Below, one piece after another: positions 11,020 through 22,188 of a DNA stretch of 64,000 bases (its first letter is position 1; each line of letters begins with the position of its first letter). The stretch lies in NCBI GenBank assembly GCA_949358305.1, contig OX442314.1, forward strand, positions 8,246,001 to 8,310,000, given 5' to 3'. The stretch comes from Strigamia acuminata (lineage: Eukaryota). The translations under genes and the position numbers were made by a program. The notes beneath the pieces were generated by a model, which saw only the letters and a program-made list of their open reading frames with translations, had not been told where the DNA came from and searched no databases.

Positions 11020-11052
11020 GCGCGCATCCAGACGGTCTAGTGGATGCGACGC
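11007..11052 (+). promoter_or_regulatory. -1 programmed ribosomal frameshift signal (gag-pol)
   Basis: A_AAA_AAC heptamer in the gag frame (11007-11013), followed by the hairpin CGCATCCA (11023-11030)/TGGATGCG (11041-11048). The -1 frame is open into pol (..KLVSAHPDGLVDATP). Confidence 0.85.
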
Positions 11053-14000
11053 CTACCGCCTCGGAAAATGAACTAACACCATCTCAGATTTTAGATGAAT
11101 TTTTAAATACCCAGATTAAATTAGAATTAGAAAATAATTTAGTATTTCCAAAAATTGATGTTTCCAGTTTAAGGCTTGTGCTGCAAAATGAAAACATCAC
11201 TGAAGAATTTTTTAAAGAAAAAGTTCAACAAATAAAAGTTGATTGGGAATCTAAAATAAAAGATGCTGTTACTTTACTAGATGGAAAAGCTAGGCCCACA
11301 CCTGAAATTGTTGAAAGGTCAGGTAAAATTGATTTACCTGGTCTTGATGAATGCATTGAAAAATTAATGGCTACAACGCTAGTCACTAATGATTTATTGG
11401 ACGAATTACCATTGGATCCGCCAATAGAAATTAAGCCACCGCGACGTTTTAAATGCAAGTACGCGGACATACCAAACAGCAATGATTTGCCGACGATTCG
11501 ATTGCAGACGGCAAACGGTATGATAACAGGGATGTTAGACTCTGGAGCTAATCGAAGCTTCATGGCCTACTCCGTAGTAATTTCGCTGAAACTGGAAGAT
11601 GAAATTCGACCAATAGGACCGGATGTGAGAGTTACGACTGCTTCAGAAGATGTAGTCCCTGAAGGGACTCTCCTACTTTCTTTTGCATGGACACACGGGA
11701 TGTTAAGTCATCCATTCATAATTTTAAGAAATAAATATCCTATTATTTTATTAGGATGTGATTTCATGAATCGACTCAATATTCAACCAAATCCTAAGAC
11801 CATGTCTTGGAATTTTGTCAAGTCTTTGAAAGAAGATTTACCTTTTGTTCCTCAAGCGATTCTTGATCGTTATCAAGAGTTTCTTGATCCACCCGAAGAA
11901 ATCATGAAACGCGACTTTATTAAAGCAAATCACATGAAAGCTGGTTCCGCCACTGCATGTCAAGCTAAAGTTGCCGATGAAGAAAATATAGTACAAAGAC
12001 TTGTTAGGGATGCTAATTTGTCAATGGAAAATAATTTAATGCTTGAAAAAGTATTAAAGAAACATGAAAAGATTTTATCTCGCCGACCAGGTAGAACACA
12101 CCTCGTTAGGCATGAAATTAAACTGGACACTAAAGTTCCTATTAGAGTTCCGTTTAAAAGCGTAAATCCACAGAAACGTGAAATTATCCGTCAAATCTGT
12201 CAAGATATGTTGGATAATGGGTACGTCGAACAAGCCACTGGAGACTATGGAATGCGAATAGTTCTAGTGATGCGTCCGGATTGTGATCCGAGACTCTGCA
12301 TTGATTTTAGACCACTCAATGCACATACATTATACGATTTTCCTCAAATGCCGAGCATTGAGGAAATCTTGCGAGAACTCGGAAGATTTGAATGGGTCAC
12401 AACGATAGATTTGTCAAAAGGCTATTGGCAGATAGAGGTTCATCCGAACGACCGTGCTAAAACTGCGTTTTGGAGCCCTTTGGGTCGACTACAATTTCGA
12501 GTCATGCCCTTTGGCCTCGTAAATGCACCGTCAACTTTTCAAAAGTTGATAGAGAAGATTTTGGGGGACGCCTATCGAAAATTCGCATGGGCATACCTCG
12601 ATGATATAATTATTATATCAAAAAATTTTGAAGAACACATGATTCATCTGGAAGAAATTCTGAGTAAACTTGAAAATGCAAATCTTCATGTTCATCCAGA
12701 AAAATCAAAATTTGGCAGAAAAGAATTAACTTTTCTTGGCTACAAGTTAAGTGTTCACGGAGTTAGTGTCGACCCTAAAAAAGTCGCCGCCATTAAAGAA
12801 ATGCCAGCTCCTTCAAATTTGAAAGAGTTGCAAAGATTTTTGGGAATGGTGAACTTTTTTCACCGATTACTTAAAAATCTGGCAGTAATGACAGAACCTC
12901 TACGTCCTTTACTCAAAAAGGATGTGGAATTTATTTGGTCAGAAATTCATCAAGAAGCTTTTGATCAAATAAAAGATGCTTTAACGAATGCAGAAACAAT
13001 GGCCATGCCTGATTTGACAGAACCATTTATTGTGCATACCGACGCCAGCAGAAAAGGACTAGGCGCCGCGCTTATGCAAATGAGAGAAATCGATGATCAA
13101 AATATCGAAGTGCCTTGTGTTTATGCCAGCAGAAGTTTACAACCTGCTGAGATAAATTACAGCGCCACAGAATTGGAGTGCCTAGCGGTAATCTGGGCAT
13201 TACGTAAATTTCGACATTATTTGGAATTTACAACATTCATAGTAAGGACTGACCATCAAGCATTAAAATGGTTGATGCAGTTGGACGAACCTGCTGGAAG
13301 GTTAGCGCGTTGGCAAATGGAGCTAATGCGCTACTCTTTCGAAATACAATATATTAAAGGTCCACTAAATGTTTTAGCGGATGCTTTATCCAGATCACCG
13401 ATTGATAAACCAGAAAATCCTGAAGATGATGGAGATAATGACGAATTATTATCTTACTGTCCATCACCACAACGAAAATGGAAAATGGGAAAATTCCATG
13501 AGCTTCCTGTCTCCACATTAGAGGAAAAGGAAGATCATGAATTCGTCAACTATTGGACTAAAATTTATGACTCCTCTGAGGAATCAGATGACGTCATAAG
13601 AGCGCAAATTTCAAGGAAATTCCAAGTTCCTTCGTCAAATGTTTTAATAAAAGCATTTGTCGCCAAAATTGTAGAACGTCTTGATTGTGAACCTCCCACA
13701 AGGGAAGACATAATCAAGGCCCAAAAAGAAGATAAAGTTTGCCAATTGATGCGTAATTTTTTAAATTGTAATCAATTTCCGCCTGACGTCACAACGCGAC
13801 TCCAGAGGAAACAATATAGAAAACACGCAACCACCTTCTTAATTGAAGATGACTTATTAATGCAATTTCATCCCACAATGTCTGATGAATTGGGGGAGGA
13901 TGGGAGAGCACTCAAAGTTTTTGTACCTCAGACATTGAAGTATAAAATTATTTGGCTGATGCATGGCCACCCACTTTCTGGCCACCCAGGAATTGCAAGG

Positions 14001-15488
14001 ACTCTTTATCGAGCACGCCGAATTTATACCTGGAAAGGCATGAAATCGGACATTACGAGATTCATTCGACATTGTGAGCGTTGTCAAGCTTGCAAACCTC
14101 GAACGAAAGGACAAATTGAAGCAGCGCAAATGGGTCCTTACAGCCCATTTGACTGTCTAAGTGTTGATTTGACCGGCCCAAAACCTCGGACGCGCAAAAA
14201 CAACACACATATTTTAGTCATACTTGATGTGGCAACTCATTGGCCAGAATTATATCCAATGTGTAACCCCACTGCTGGAAAAGTAGCAAATTGCATTTAT
14301 CACCTTTCCATGAGCATGGGATTCCCTCGTAAAATTATTTCTGACAACGGCCCGCAATTTCGTGCCCAAGTCTTTAAAAAATTTTGTGAAAAGTTCAAGA
14401 TGGTTCCAACACCAACTTCAACGTATCACCCACAAGCTAACCCGGTTGAAAGGGTTAACCGTGACATCAAATATTTGGTTGCAATTTATTCATCTGTTCA
14501 TTCCAAATGGGACGAATATTTGCGTGAATTTGCATTTAGTTTGAGAACTACGGTGACGAGAGGAAGAGACTTCTCTCCCGCATTTCTTAACTTTTTTCGC
14601 GAACTCAGAGTACCTTGGGATCCAAGAATACCTGAAGGAATTTTGGTCGTAGATCCAAAAAACCCACATTTATACGTGCAAAAATTAGAAGCCGTTATCG
14701 CCGAAACATATCAGCACATGATGTCGCACGTGTTAGATTTGCGTAGACGAGTTAATCTTAAAAAAGAAGGTGAGAAGTTCTCCAATTTTAAATTAAACGA
14801 TTTAGTTTGGAGAGATTCTCATGTTTTGTCGAGCGCTGCCCGCGGCATTGCAGCTGGCATCGCTGATAAAAGAACAGGACCTTATGTAATAACCAAAGTA
14901 TTACAGGGAGGTTCAGTAGAATTGAGAAAGCTAGAAAATAACGAAATATTTCCAGCTGTCCATTCGTCTGAATTAACTCCGTATTTCCCGAGTTTCGACC
15001 AGGAAGTATGGTTAGAAGGCGAAGAAGTCGGTCAAAAGACTGAAAATATAATTAATACGTTAGATGACGATGAATTAAAGAAAATACCTGTCGATAATTC
15101 ATCCAAACCACAAATGGAGTCAGACCTCGTGAATAACGACGTTGAACTTCGTGACAGTTTCAAAAAGCTTGAAATTGCTAAAAAAATAAATAAAAAGGTG
15201 TTTTTAGAAAAGAAACAAAAAACATCTGAAATAAAAGACTCATCTGACTCAGTCTCCGATGACAATGAAGACGGCGATTTAAATACAATAAATCCCTCGC
15301 CGACAAAGAGATATAATCTTCGGACTCGTAAACCGAGAGGAAAAAACAACATGTGTCTTCTCCCCTCGATAACCTCGAGATCCAGGGATCAGCCGTATGA
15401 CGTAAGGAGCAATTCCTCAAGCCATACTCAAACCAATCAAACAGTAAGATTGGATGACGTCACTAACAGCGACGTTACCCAAACGTAA
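11013..15488 (+). CDS. pol: Pol polyprotein (protease, RT, RNase H, integrase), expressed by frameshift
   Basis: LDSGA aspartic protease; RT IDLSKGYWQ..MPFGL..YLDD; RNase H TDASRKG..ELECLA..TDH..ADALSR; integrase H..H..CERC, D..D(SDNG)..E and GPY motif. No stops. Confidence 0.97.
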   Translation, partial: LVSAHPDGLVDATPTASENELTPSQILDEFLNTQIKLELENNLVFPKIDVSSLRLVLQNENITEEFFKEKVQQIKVDWESKIKDAVTLLDGKARPTPEIVERSGKIDLPGLDECIEKLMATTLVTNDLLDELPLDPPIEIKPPRRFKCKYADIPNSNDLPTIRLQTANGMITGMLDSGANRSFMAYSVVISLKLEDEIRPIGPDVRVTTASEDVVPEGTLLLSFAWTHGMLSHPFIILRNKYPIILLGCDFMNRLNIQPNPKTMSWNFVKSLKEDLPFVPQAILDRYQEFLDPPEEIMKRDFIKANHMKAGSATACQAKVADEENIVQRLVRDANLSMENNLMLEKVLKKHEKILSRRPGRTHLVRHEIKLDTKVPIRVPFKSVNPQKREIIRQICQDMLDNGYVEQATGDYGMRIVLVMRPDCDPRLCIDFRPLNAHTLYDFPQMPSIEEILRELGRFEWVTTIDLSKGYWQIEVHPNDRAKTAFWSPLGRLQFRVMPFGLVNAPSTFQKLIEKILGDAYRKFAWAYLDDIIIISKNFEEHMIHLEEILSKLENANLHVHPEKSKFGRKELTFLGYKLSVHGVSVDPKKVAAIKEMPAPSNLKELQRFLGMVNFFHRLLKNLAVMTEPLRPLLKKDVEFIWSEIHQEAFDQIKDALTNAETMAMPDLTEPFIVHTDASRKGLGAALMQMREIDDQNIEVPCVYASRSLQPAEINYSATELECLAVIWALRKFRHYLEFTTFIVRTDHQALKWLMQLDEPAGRLARWQMELMRYSFEIQYIKGPLNVLADALSRSPIDKPENPEDDGDNDELLSYCPSPQRKWKMGKFHELPVSTLEEKEDHEFVNYWTKIYDSSEESDDVIRAQISRKFQVPSSNVLIKAFVAKIVERLDCEPPTREDIIKAQKEDKVCQLMRNFLNCNQFPPDVTTRLQRKQYRKHATTFLIEDDLLMQFHPTMSDELGEDGRALKVFVPQTLKYKIIWLMHGHPLSGHPGIARTLYRARRIYTWKGMKSDITRFIRHCERCQACKPRTKGQIEAAQMGPYSPFDCLSVDLTGPKPRTRKNNTHILVILDVATHWPELYPMCNPTAGKVANCIYHLSMSMGFPRKIISDNGPQFRAQVFKKFCEKFKMVPTPTSTYHPQANPVERVNRDIKYLVAIYSSVHSKWDEYLREFAFSLRTTVTRGRDFSPAFLNFFRELRVPWDPRIPEGILVVDPKNPHLYVQKLEAVIAETYQHMMSHVLDLRRRVNLKKEGEKFSNFKLNDLVWRDSHVLSSAARGIAAGIADKRTGPYVITKVLQGGSVELRKLENNEIFPAVHSSELTPYFPSFDQEVWLEGEEVGQKTENIINTLDDDELKKIPVDNSSKPQMESDLVNNDVELRDSFKKLEIAKKINKKVFLEKKQKTSEIKDSSDSVSDDNEDGDLNTINPSPTKRYNLRTRKPRGKNNMCLLPSITSRSRDQPYDVRSNSSSHTQTNQTVRLDDVTNSDVTQT

Positions 15489-15698
15489 CTTCCGGTATTT
15501 GAACTGATCACTTCGCGTCTGAGTTCACTTCGATCTCACACGTGTGCTAAGTGCTCATCCCCAAAAAACCAAAAGCGAAACAACTGGATTATTTCAACGG
15601 GATTCTTCAATTGTAAGTAGTTTTTTCTTTGGAATTTTCCAAGGAAAAACTAATAAATTAATTTTCGTTTTTCTTTTCCATTTGGATTAGTCGTTCAA

Positions 15699-18536
15699 AT
15701 GGAAGGAGAGGAACCGAAAGAAGGAAGCGAAGCCGGCGCCAACAGCCTCGAATTAGAAACAAATTCGACGCTGCTTGGTTCCGCAAACACTTCGAATGCA
15801 TCCGTGGATGTCACCGAAGAGTCCGCCGAAGCGTCCGCTGAAGCTCAAGCCGCTCTAGCCGACGCTGCTGCCCGTTTGCCAGTCACGCCGTCTCAGCCCC
15901 GACTTCGAGGAGGCCTATTCGCCGATCCAAACGGCGAAACTCGTGCACAGAGACACGACCGGGTAAATAATTTAAAATAAAATTACCTTTCAGTCATGAA
16001 AAGTAATTAAAAGTGCATTTTCACTCCGAAAAAGCAAAAAGTTCGTTGGTAACGCCTTCGCAAGAAGACGCCGCCATTATTATCATCAGATGGCGCTGTG
16101 TCTCATTTTTGAGGCGTTGCTACGGTAACGCTCCAAACACTGAAACATAGCCGTCGGAAACAACGTTTTTTACGATTTTTCAAATATTTTGAAAAAATTT
16201 AATGAATCTAAACTGTCGAATGAAATCTCACCCGTGATTTTATTCACTGAAAATTCGGAAATAATTATTTTACACGAAAAAATGGATTTTAATTATTTCT
16301 TCGAATATTTTTACAGATTATCCAGCTTCGGGAGACGCATCTCGAACTACACCCCGATGTTCCGACCGCTCCTGGTGTCTGGCGACACGCATTGCCGCCA
16401 GAAATCATAAAGTCGAAAGGACGACTGACGTTTTGGGCGGCCCGACACAAATTCTCCAAGGCCTTAAACAAGCGATGGGGAACGAAGTTTCGGATCGCCT
16501 ATTTAATCGATGGATTCGGTCATCGCGACGCCCTCGAGTGGGCAATGAAGCGCGACACCTTCGGACCACTGCGAAACGTGTTGCTCGACTTCGCCTTCAC
16601 AGTGATCGCACAAGAAACGCGAGACCATCGCCGTTACTTCAACGCTCCTGCATGGGAGCGTCGACAGATTTTGGAGGACATTTTCCAACGCTTGGATCAA
16701 ACCAAGGCCGAGGTTGTACGCCTCTACAACGAATCTTTCCGTGTAACAACGGACGGAAAGAAACGTTGGGTGCCGACATGCCAGTCGGAGATGCATCAAC
16801 TAGCCATGGGCGGATGTTTCCATGCAGATTTCGTGCCGAACCCGTATCCAGAGCCTGAGCCCCGGGTACAGGTCGCTTCCACCATCCACGTGGTGCCACC
16901 GCGCTCCACGTCGAGGTCACGATCATCGAGGTCGCCCTACAGTGGCCGTCGCTCCTCCCCAACACAGTCGTCGGGGGAAGGCGCCATTGGAGGGTTACCT
17001 CCACTCCAGAAGGCTCGTCATCGCTCACATCACCGACGCGAGCCGACGCCGCCGAAAAGACATTCGAAGTCCGTATCGAGACCCACATCCCGAAGCCGAC
17101 CTCGAGTGCAATCGCGTCAATCTTCCACGAGGAGTTCACTCTCGTCGCGTGAAGAACGATCCAACGCTTCACAGCTTACCGCTTCCTCCTCCGGCCGGAT
17201 TGACTGGTCGGACGAGATAGCGAAGGAAGATCAACGCATCGCCGCATTGCAAGCCGGTCAGGGAGACGTTAACACCTCTTTGCCGTTCGCTTGCCGTCCA
17301 GTCACCAGCGACATGCGACCAGATCCATCGGTGCCCGTGCCACAAGTGACATCGGTCATCCGTTTTGAGGGATACGTCTCTCACGAACCATTTCCCGCAC
17401 AGGAGTGCGCTGATCTCTGGAGGCGATTCTCATCGTTTCCCGAGACAGCCCAAACGATGTACCTCGCGCATCTGGACGAATACCAACTCGCTCAGATCCG
17501 CGAAGGTGAGAAGGAATGGCAATGGCTTGCGCGAGAGCTTACGTCGTGCAAGTCCGACAAGCAACTGCAACGGACGCTGCAGAAGATGAACAGGAAGTTG
17601 TCGGAGGGACTTCTTCGAATCCTGTTCCAAGGAGTCTTTCCCGACCCACAGATTGCTCTGGCCGCCGCCACTCGATTGTGGACCGTGCCGCTAGGGCTTC
17701 CACGAGCCTTGCTGGACGATTGGGAGTCAGTTCGCCCCGATCCTCCAACGATGCTCGCCGAATTGACGCAACAAGCCGAGGCGACTGGCGAAACTCCGGC
17801 TGGATCCGCCATTCGACTACGGCAGGAATGGGCTGCGCTGAAGCAGCGACGCACAGCAGAACGAGCCACCGCCCGTCCCGCTGGCGCACCACCGTCATCC
17901 GCAGCTCCACTCCACGCTGCCATCACGGCAACGTCGAGTGTTTCCCGTGCGACCGAGGCACCGAGTTGCAACATCTCGTCTCCGATGGAATGGCTCGACA
18001 GCGACGATCGCGAGTTCGTCGTGCCTGTGGCCTGCGGTGCCAGACCAAAGACGCGCACCCCGGCTTTACGCAGATCCAGATCCCTCTCGATCTGCAAGAA
18101 GTCGCCGCCACCGCCGCCTCCTCCAAAGGATTCGCCGCCAAGAGATAGGGGATCGAGTATGGCCACCCACCTCACCGCCTATCAACGTTTGCGCTCATTA
18201 TACGCCTTTTGCTACATAACGAGCGCAACGAAAACGATTCTCCAGAACAGCGAGGATTTATGCAACCGAGTCCTCGCGTGGCTGGAAAACCACATCAAGG
18301 AACAGCAGCCGTGGATCCTGCATCAACGCCTGGTGTTCGCTCGAATTACGCCTCAAGACCCGCAGGAGTACTTCGAGATGGGTTTTGGACGAAGGGATGG
18401 TGTGGACCGCATCAAGCAAGTGTGGCTCCACATCAACCCTGGCTTCCGGTCAGGACCAAACGCCGGCCGACCTTTGTGCACCGTCACCGAGCACAAAGAT
18501 CCAAACGATCATTCGACGGACATGTTGCCGAAATAA
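15699..18536 (+). CDS. ORF3, spliced non-env accessory protein of unknown function (~827 aa; exons 15699-15962, 16317-18536)
   Basis: A phase-0 donor CGG|GTAAAT at 15962 and acceptor TTTTACAG|ATT at 16317 join the 93-aa and 714-aa ORFs in frame. The frame is open from 16317 to 18536. There is also a probable 5'UTR intron at 15613-15690. Confidence 0.72.
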
Positions 18537-18696
18537 TTAGGGAACACGCCCGTTTATTAAAAATGATTCCTTTTTTATTTTTATATTGTAATGAAAAAGA
18601 ATAAATATATATCCTGTTTCATTTTACTTTGAAACCTTGTGTATTTATTCCTATACTTACCTGTCTCTTTTTGGAAAAGAATAAGATTCTTTCTTA

Positions 18697-18710
18697 AAAG
18701 GGGGGGGAAG
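18697..18710 (+). promoter_or_regulatory. Polypurine tract
   Basis: AAAGGGGGGGGAAG immediately precedes the 3' LTR. Confidence 0.9.
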
Positions 18711-19788
18711 TGTGGTGACCTCAAATATTCCTATTTGAGTGCGCACCATATTTCCAAATTGTCTTATAAACATATTCAACAAACTTATATGTTTTGTTTC
18801 AATGTAAATTGAAATAAAACATACATTAATAAAATATAAAACAAGACACAATATTACCCAAATAATATTGTGTTTTGCAGCAAGTTTTGGCCCAGCAACA
18901 GCGTCAACCAATCGCGCTGCAGCGTGCATTGCTTTGATGATGCTGCTAGGCGTGTGCCTGGGCGGAGCATCCCTTCCCCTCGCGCGTGCCCGGCTCGATT
19001 GTTGCACACGACCCGAAGGCGGCCGTGTGTGATCTTCATGCAACTCGTCATCTGCGCAGCTTTTCTGAGCAGATTTAGAAGTGAGCCAAACGGTTTTGGC
19101 CCACTCTTCCCGCACTCTTGATTCCACCTCCAAACTGTTCACAACCGTGTCAAACTTCTGCCAAAACTGCAAAGTGTGATCTGTGATTCTTGGACGAATT
19201 GAGTTTCATCGCTGGTCTGTACCCACTGTAGGGAATAGCAACTTTCTAGCTTGAATTACTACGAGTAATTTAAGCCATTTCTGTGTGTGAAACTAACATC
19301 GAGTTTACTCTGTTAGTTTGAAGGCTTTGTGTCGAGTTTAACTCCACAAGGCGAATTGTGTTAAGACGGATTGTTACGTCGAGCTTGCTCCGTAATAATC
19401 AAATCGCTGTGTGCAAGACGTATTCTCGTGTTGAGCTTGCTCCGCGAGGATTTTTAGTATATTTTAGCAAAGTATTTTAGCGTCGAGTTTACTCCGCTAA
19501 AATCCCGCGCTCACACGACGCCATCGACGCCATTTTGGAGCCAACGGTCAACTGTGAGTGTCCAAGTACGAAGAGAAACCAGATCGACCCAGTCATTACA
19601 CTTATTATTTCGCATTATATTCGGGTGTATTTAAAACGATTAAAACAATCTAATTTTTCCTTTACTCTGTGTAAAATCATTCCCCTAGACAACCATTTGG
19701 CCACAGAGTAGAAGTCCTGTACGGCATCTCACCGACGATTGCTTATTAAATTTATATAATTTAATAAGTAAAAACCCGGATCGCCGCA
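18711..19788 (+). repeat. 3' LTR (1078 bp)
   Basis: Direct repeat of 6958-8035. Confidence 0.95.
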
Positions 19789-20515
19789 CTATATCAAAAA
19801 ATGTTTGAAAAGACAGGAGTAGGAGCAGACCAACCTTGAATATTCTGCGCTTTTATTATCTTCTGGGTATGAATCACACTCAGAAGATAATAATATCAAC
19901 ATTTATGATAATCATGCTCAAGAAATTGCAGAAATTTGTAAAAAAAATTGAACACACTTTGGAAAAATTTAACGACTTGTTAAATGCCAAGCAAATTTAG
20001 CACAACCTCCATTTGGACATTTTATTAAATTGTAATAATTTGTTGAGTTGCAGGAATAAAAAATAATTTTTTATTCATTTTAGATGTTTGAATATTGAAC
20101 CTTTCTCCACCTACACAGCTCCGTCTAGCGGCCAGTTGAAAACATATGGAAAAATGTCAAAAAATTTCAGAAAATCTAAAAAAAATGGCCTTAAATTTTT
20201 CACATATTTTTCCAGAATGATAAAAATGAACAAACTGAACACTTGAACAAATCAGAAAAATCTTGATCAATTTGCCCACCTGTATGTCAAACAGGGTTTC
20301 TATTCTATTTTTCTTATTGCCAATTAAAATTAACATCAAAATTTGTAGTGTCTCATAAAATCAATTGAAGAAAAGAAAATTCCAGCGACGGCCATTAAAT
20401 AAACATAATTACCTTTCTCTCTCTCTCCACATAATACCGTAGTCCAACTAAAGCAAACAAGACTTCCAACAATCCACCAGTCAACTTATTTCTCCTTCAA
20501 AGGGATCCATCCAAA

Positions 20516-20741
20516 ATGAAATATCTAGCCATCTTGGTCTTTATCATTCTGTCGTGCCTAGGTATTGTATATTTTGCACAAAAATAAATCATTCATCGTT
20601 GACATTTTATATTTTTTAATCGAATTAGCATTGACGGCTAATGCGGGCTGTCGTCTGGATAGATGCAGAGCAGATTGCTACGGGATTGGTGAGGATGGTA
20701 ATTGTGAAAAAAATATATGCCACTGCTCGCCACCAAAATAA
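20516..20741 (+). CDS. Secreted CS-alpha/beta defensin-like peptide 2 (52 aa; exons 20516-20561, 20629-20741)
   Basis: MKYLAILVFIILSCLALTANA-GCRLDRCRADCYGIGEDGNCEKNICHCSPPK. Signal peptide, phase-1 intron, C-x4-C-x3-C-x8-C-x4-C-x-C with GxC. Confidence 0.87.
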
Positions 20742-21176
20742 GAAAAGAGCCAAAAGTGTCCAAAAACCCGAGACGAACTGGGCACAACCGTAAAAGAAAA
20801 AATGTAAACAATCTTAAAAATCAGTGTAAATTAGAAATAAAATGATTATGAGTTTTGTTTCTTAAATTGATTCATTTATTTCGAGTCACAATCCGAGTGC
20901 CATTTACGAATAATAGAGGGGCACTCAAACTAGGCCTAGGTTACGAAAATCCCAAAGTGTGTGGCGTACGGATTAGTGAAAAAATTTGAACAATTTGGCC
21001 ACGTATCAAATATGGTTCTATTTTTGTTCTTATTATTATTATTGCCAATTAATATTTATTATGGTCATCAGCACAAACAATTGATTTTTCGTAATCAAAA
21101 TTTTACAATTTACTGTGACATCCGGTAAACAAGATCCTCCATCTTGTGTCTTCTATTCGCTTGAGATCCGTCAAAA

Positions 21177-21429
21177 ATGCAATATCAATTCATCATGTTC
21201 GTCGTTTTTCTGTCGTGCGTAGGTTAGTTATATTTTGCATAAAAATAGTTTATTTATTATTGAGCGTTGATGAGATGTTTTATTTTGGCTAGCAATGACG
21301 GCAAATGCGAAATGTGATCCTAATGAATGTACTTCGAAGTGTCGTAGTAGCGGTGGCGGTACCGGAACTTGTTCTTACGAACTTGGAAGTTACGTTGCTC
21401 TTTGTAATTGCAAAAAGTTGCCGAAGTGA
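21177..21429 (+). CDS. Secreted CS-alpha/beta defensin-like peptide 3 (60 aa; exons 21177-21222, 21293-21429)
   Basis: MQYQFIMFVVFLSCVAMTANA-KCDPNECTSKCRSSGGGTGTCSYELGSYVALCNCKKLPK. Same intron phase and position; C-x4-C-x3-C-x9-C-x10-C-x-C. Confidence 0.87.
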
Positions 21430-21849
21430 CGGGAAGACCAAAGTGCCTAAACAAACCATGAAACGAACTGGACATCACCTTCTGGAGACGCCGTAAACAT
21501 AAAATAAAATTAAAATTGGAAATAAATACAATAAAATTAAAATTACAAGAAAAACTTCTTATAACATTAAATATTTTAATGTTGAAATCCATTGTATTTT
21601 TCTTATTGCTAATTAATATTTATCCTAGTAATCAGCAACAAACAATTGATTCTAATAAATTAAAATATTAAAATTTAATAGTATCTCATGAAATGAATCG
21701 TCCGGAGTTAATTAAACACCATTCATATACGTGGCCATTAAATATATATATATTTATACCGTATCGTACTACGGCAGTCACATCCAGCAACCAAAATCTT
21801 CACAATTTGCTAGTAAACGTGTTTCTCTGGCTTGTTTCATTCATCAAAA

Positions 21850-22188
21850 ATGAAATATCTCATCATCTTGGTTTTTGTTATTCTGTCGTGCATGGGTAAG
21901 TTATATTTTGCACAAAAATAATTCATTCATCAGTGAGCATTGACATGTTTCTTTTTTTGGTTAGCAATGATGAATGGCCACAGACATAGTGGGTACGGCG
22001 ATAGATATGAAGGGTACGGCGATAGATATGAAGGGTACCGCCATAGACATAAAGGGTACGGCCATAGATATGCAAGTAGAGGATACGGTGACGCGGTCTG
22101 TAATATTGAGAGATGCATGGAAAATTGTAAGCTTAGAGGTTGGAGCGGTTATTGTGTAAGAGGTTACTGCAACTGCAGATATCCCTAG
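21850..22188 (+). CDS. Secreted CS-alpha/beta defensin-like peptide 4 with Gly/Tyr/Arg/His repeat extension (89 aa; exons 21850-21895, 21965-22188)
   Basis: MKYLIILVFVILSCMAMMNG-HRHSGYGDRYEGYGDRYEGYRHRHKGYGHRYASRGYGDAVCNIERCMENCKLRGWSGYCVRGYCNCRYP. Same gene structure as the paralogs. Confidence 0.88.

Larger units (their letters stand above)
6958..19788 (+). mobile_element. Full-length Ty3/Gypsy LTR retrotransposon with a third (spliced) ORF
   Basis: Two near-identical LTRs (6958-8035, 18711-19788; TG...CA), PBS, PPT, uninterrupted gag and pol with PR-RT-RH-IN domain order. Confidence 0.97.

Noticed and set aside
16317..18536. ORF3 as an env gene
   Set aside because: No signal peptide, no transmembrane anchor and no Cys-rich ectodomain visible.
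16433..18604. Many overlapping and antisense ORFs over ORF3
   Set aside because: Expected shadow ORFs in GC-rich coding sequence; no recognisable motifs.
21305..22159. ORF-track peptides 21305-21496 and 21974-22159
   Set aside because: Wrong-frame readings over the defensin-like exons. The spliced Cys-pattern frame is supported by five paralogs.
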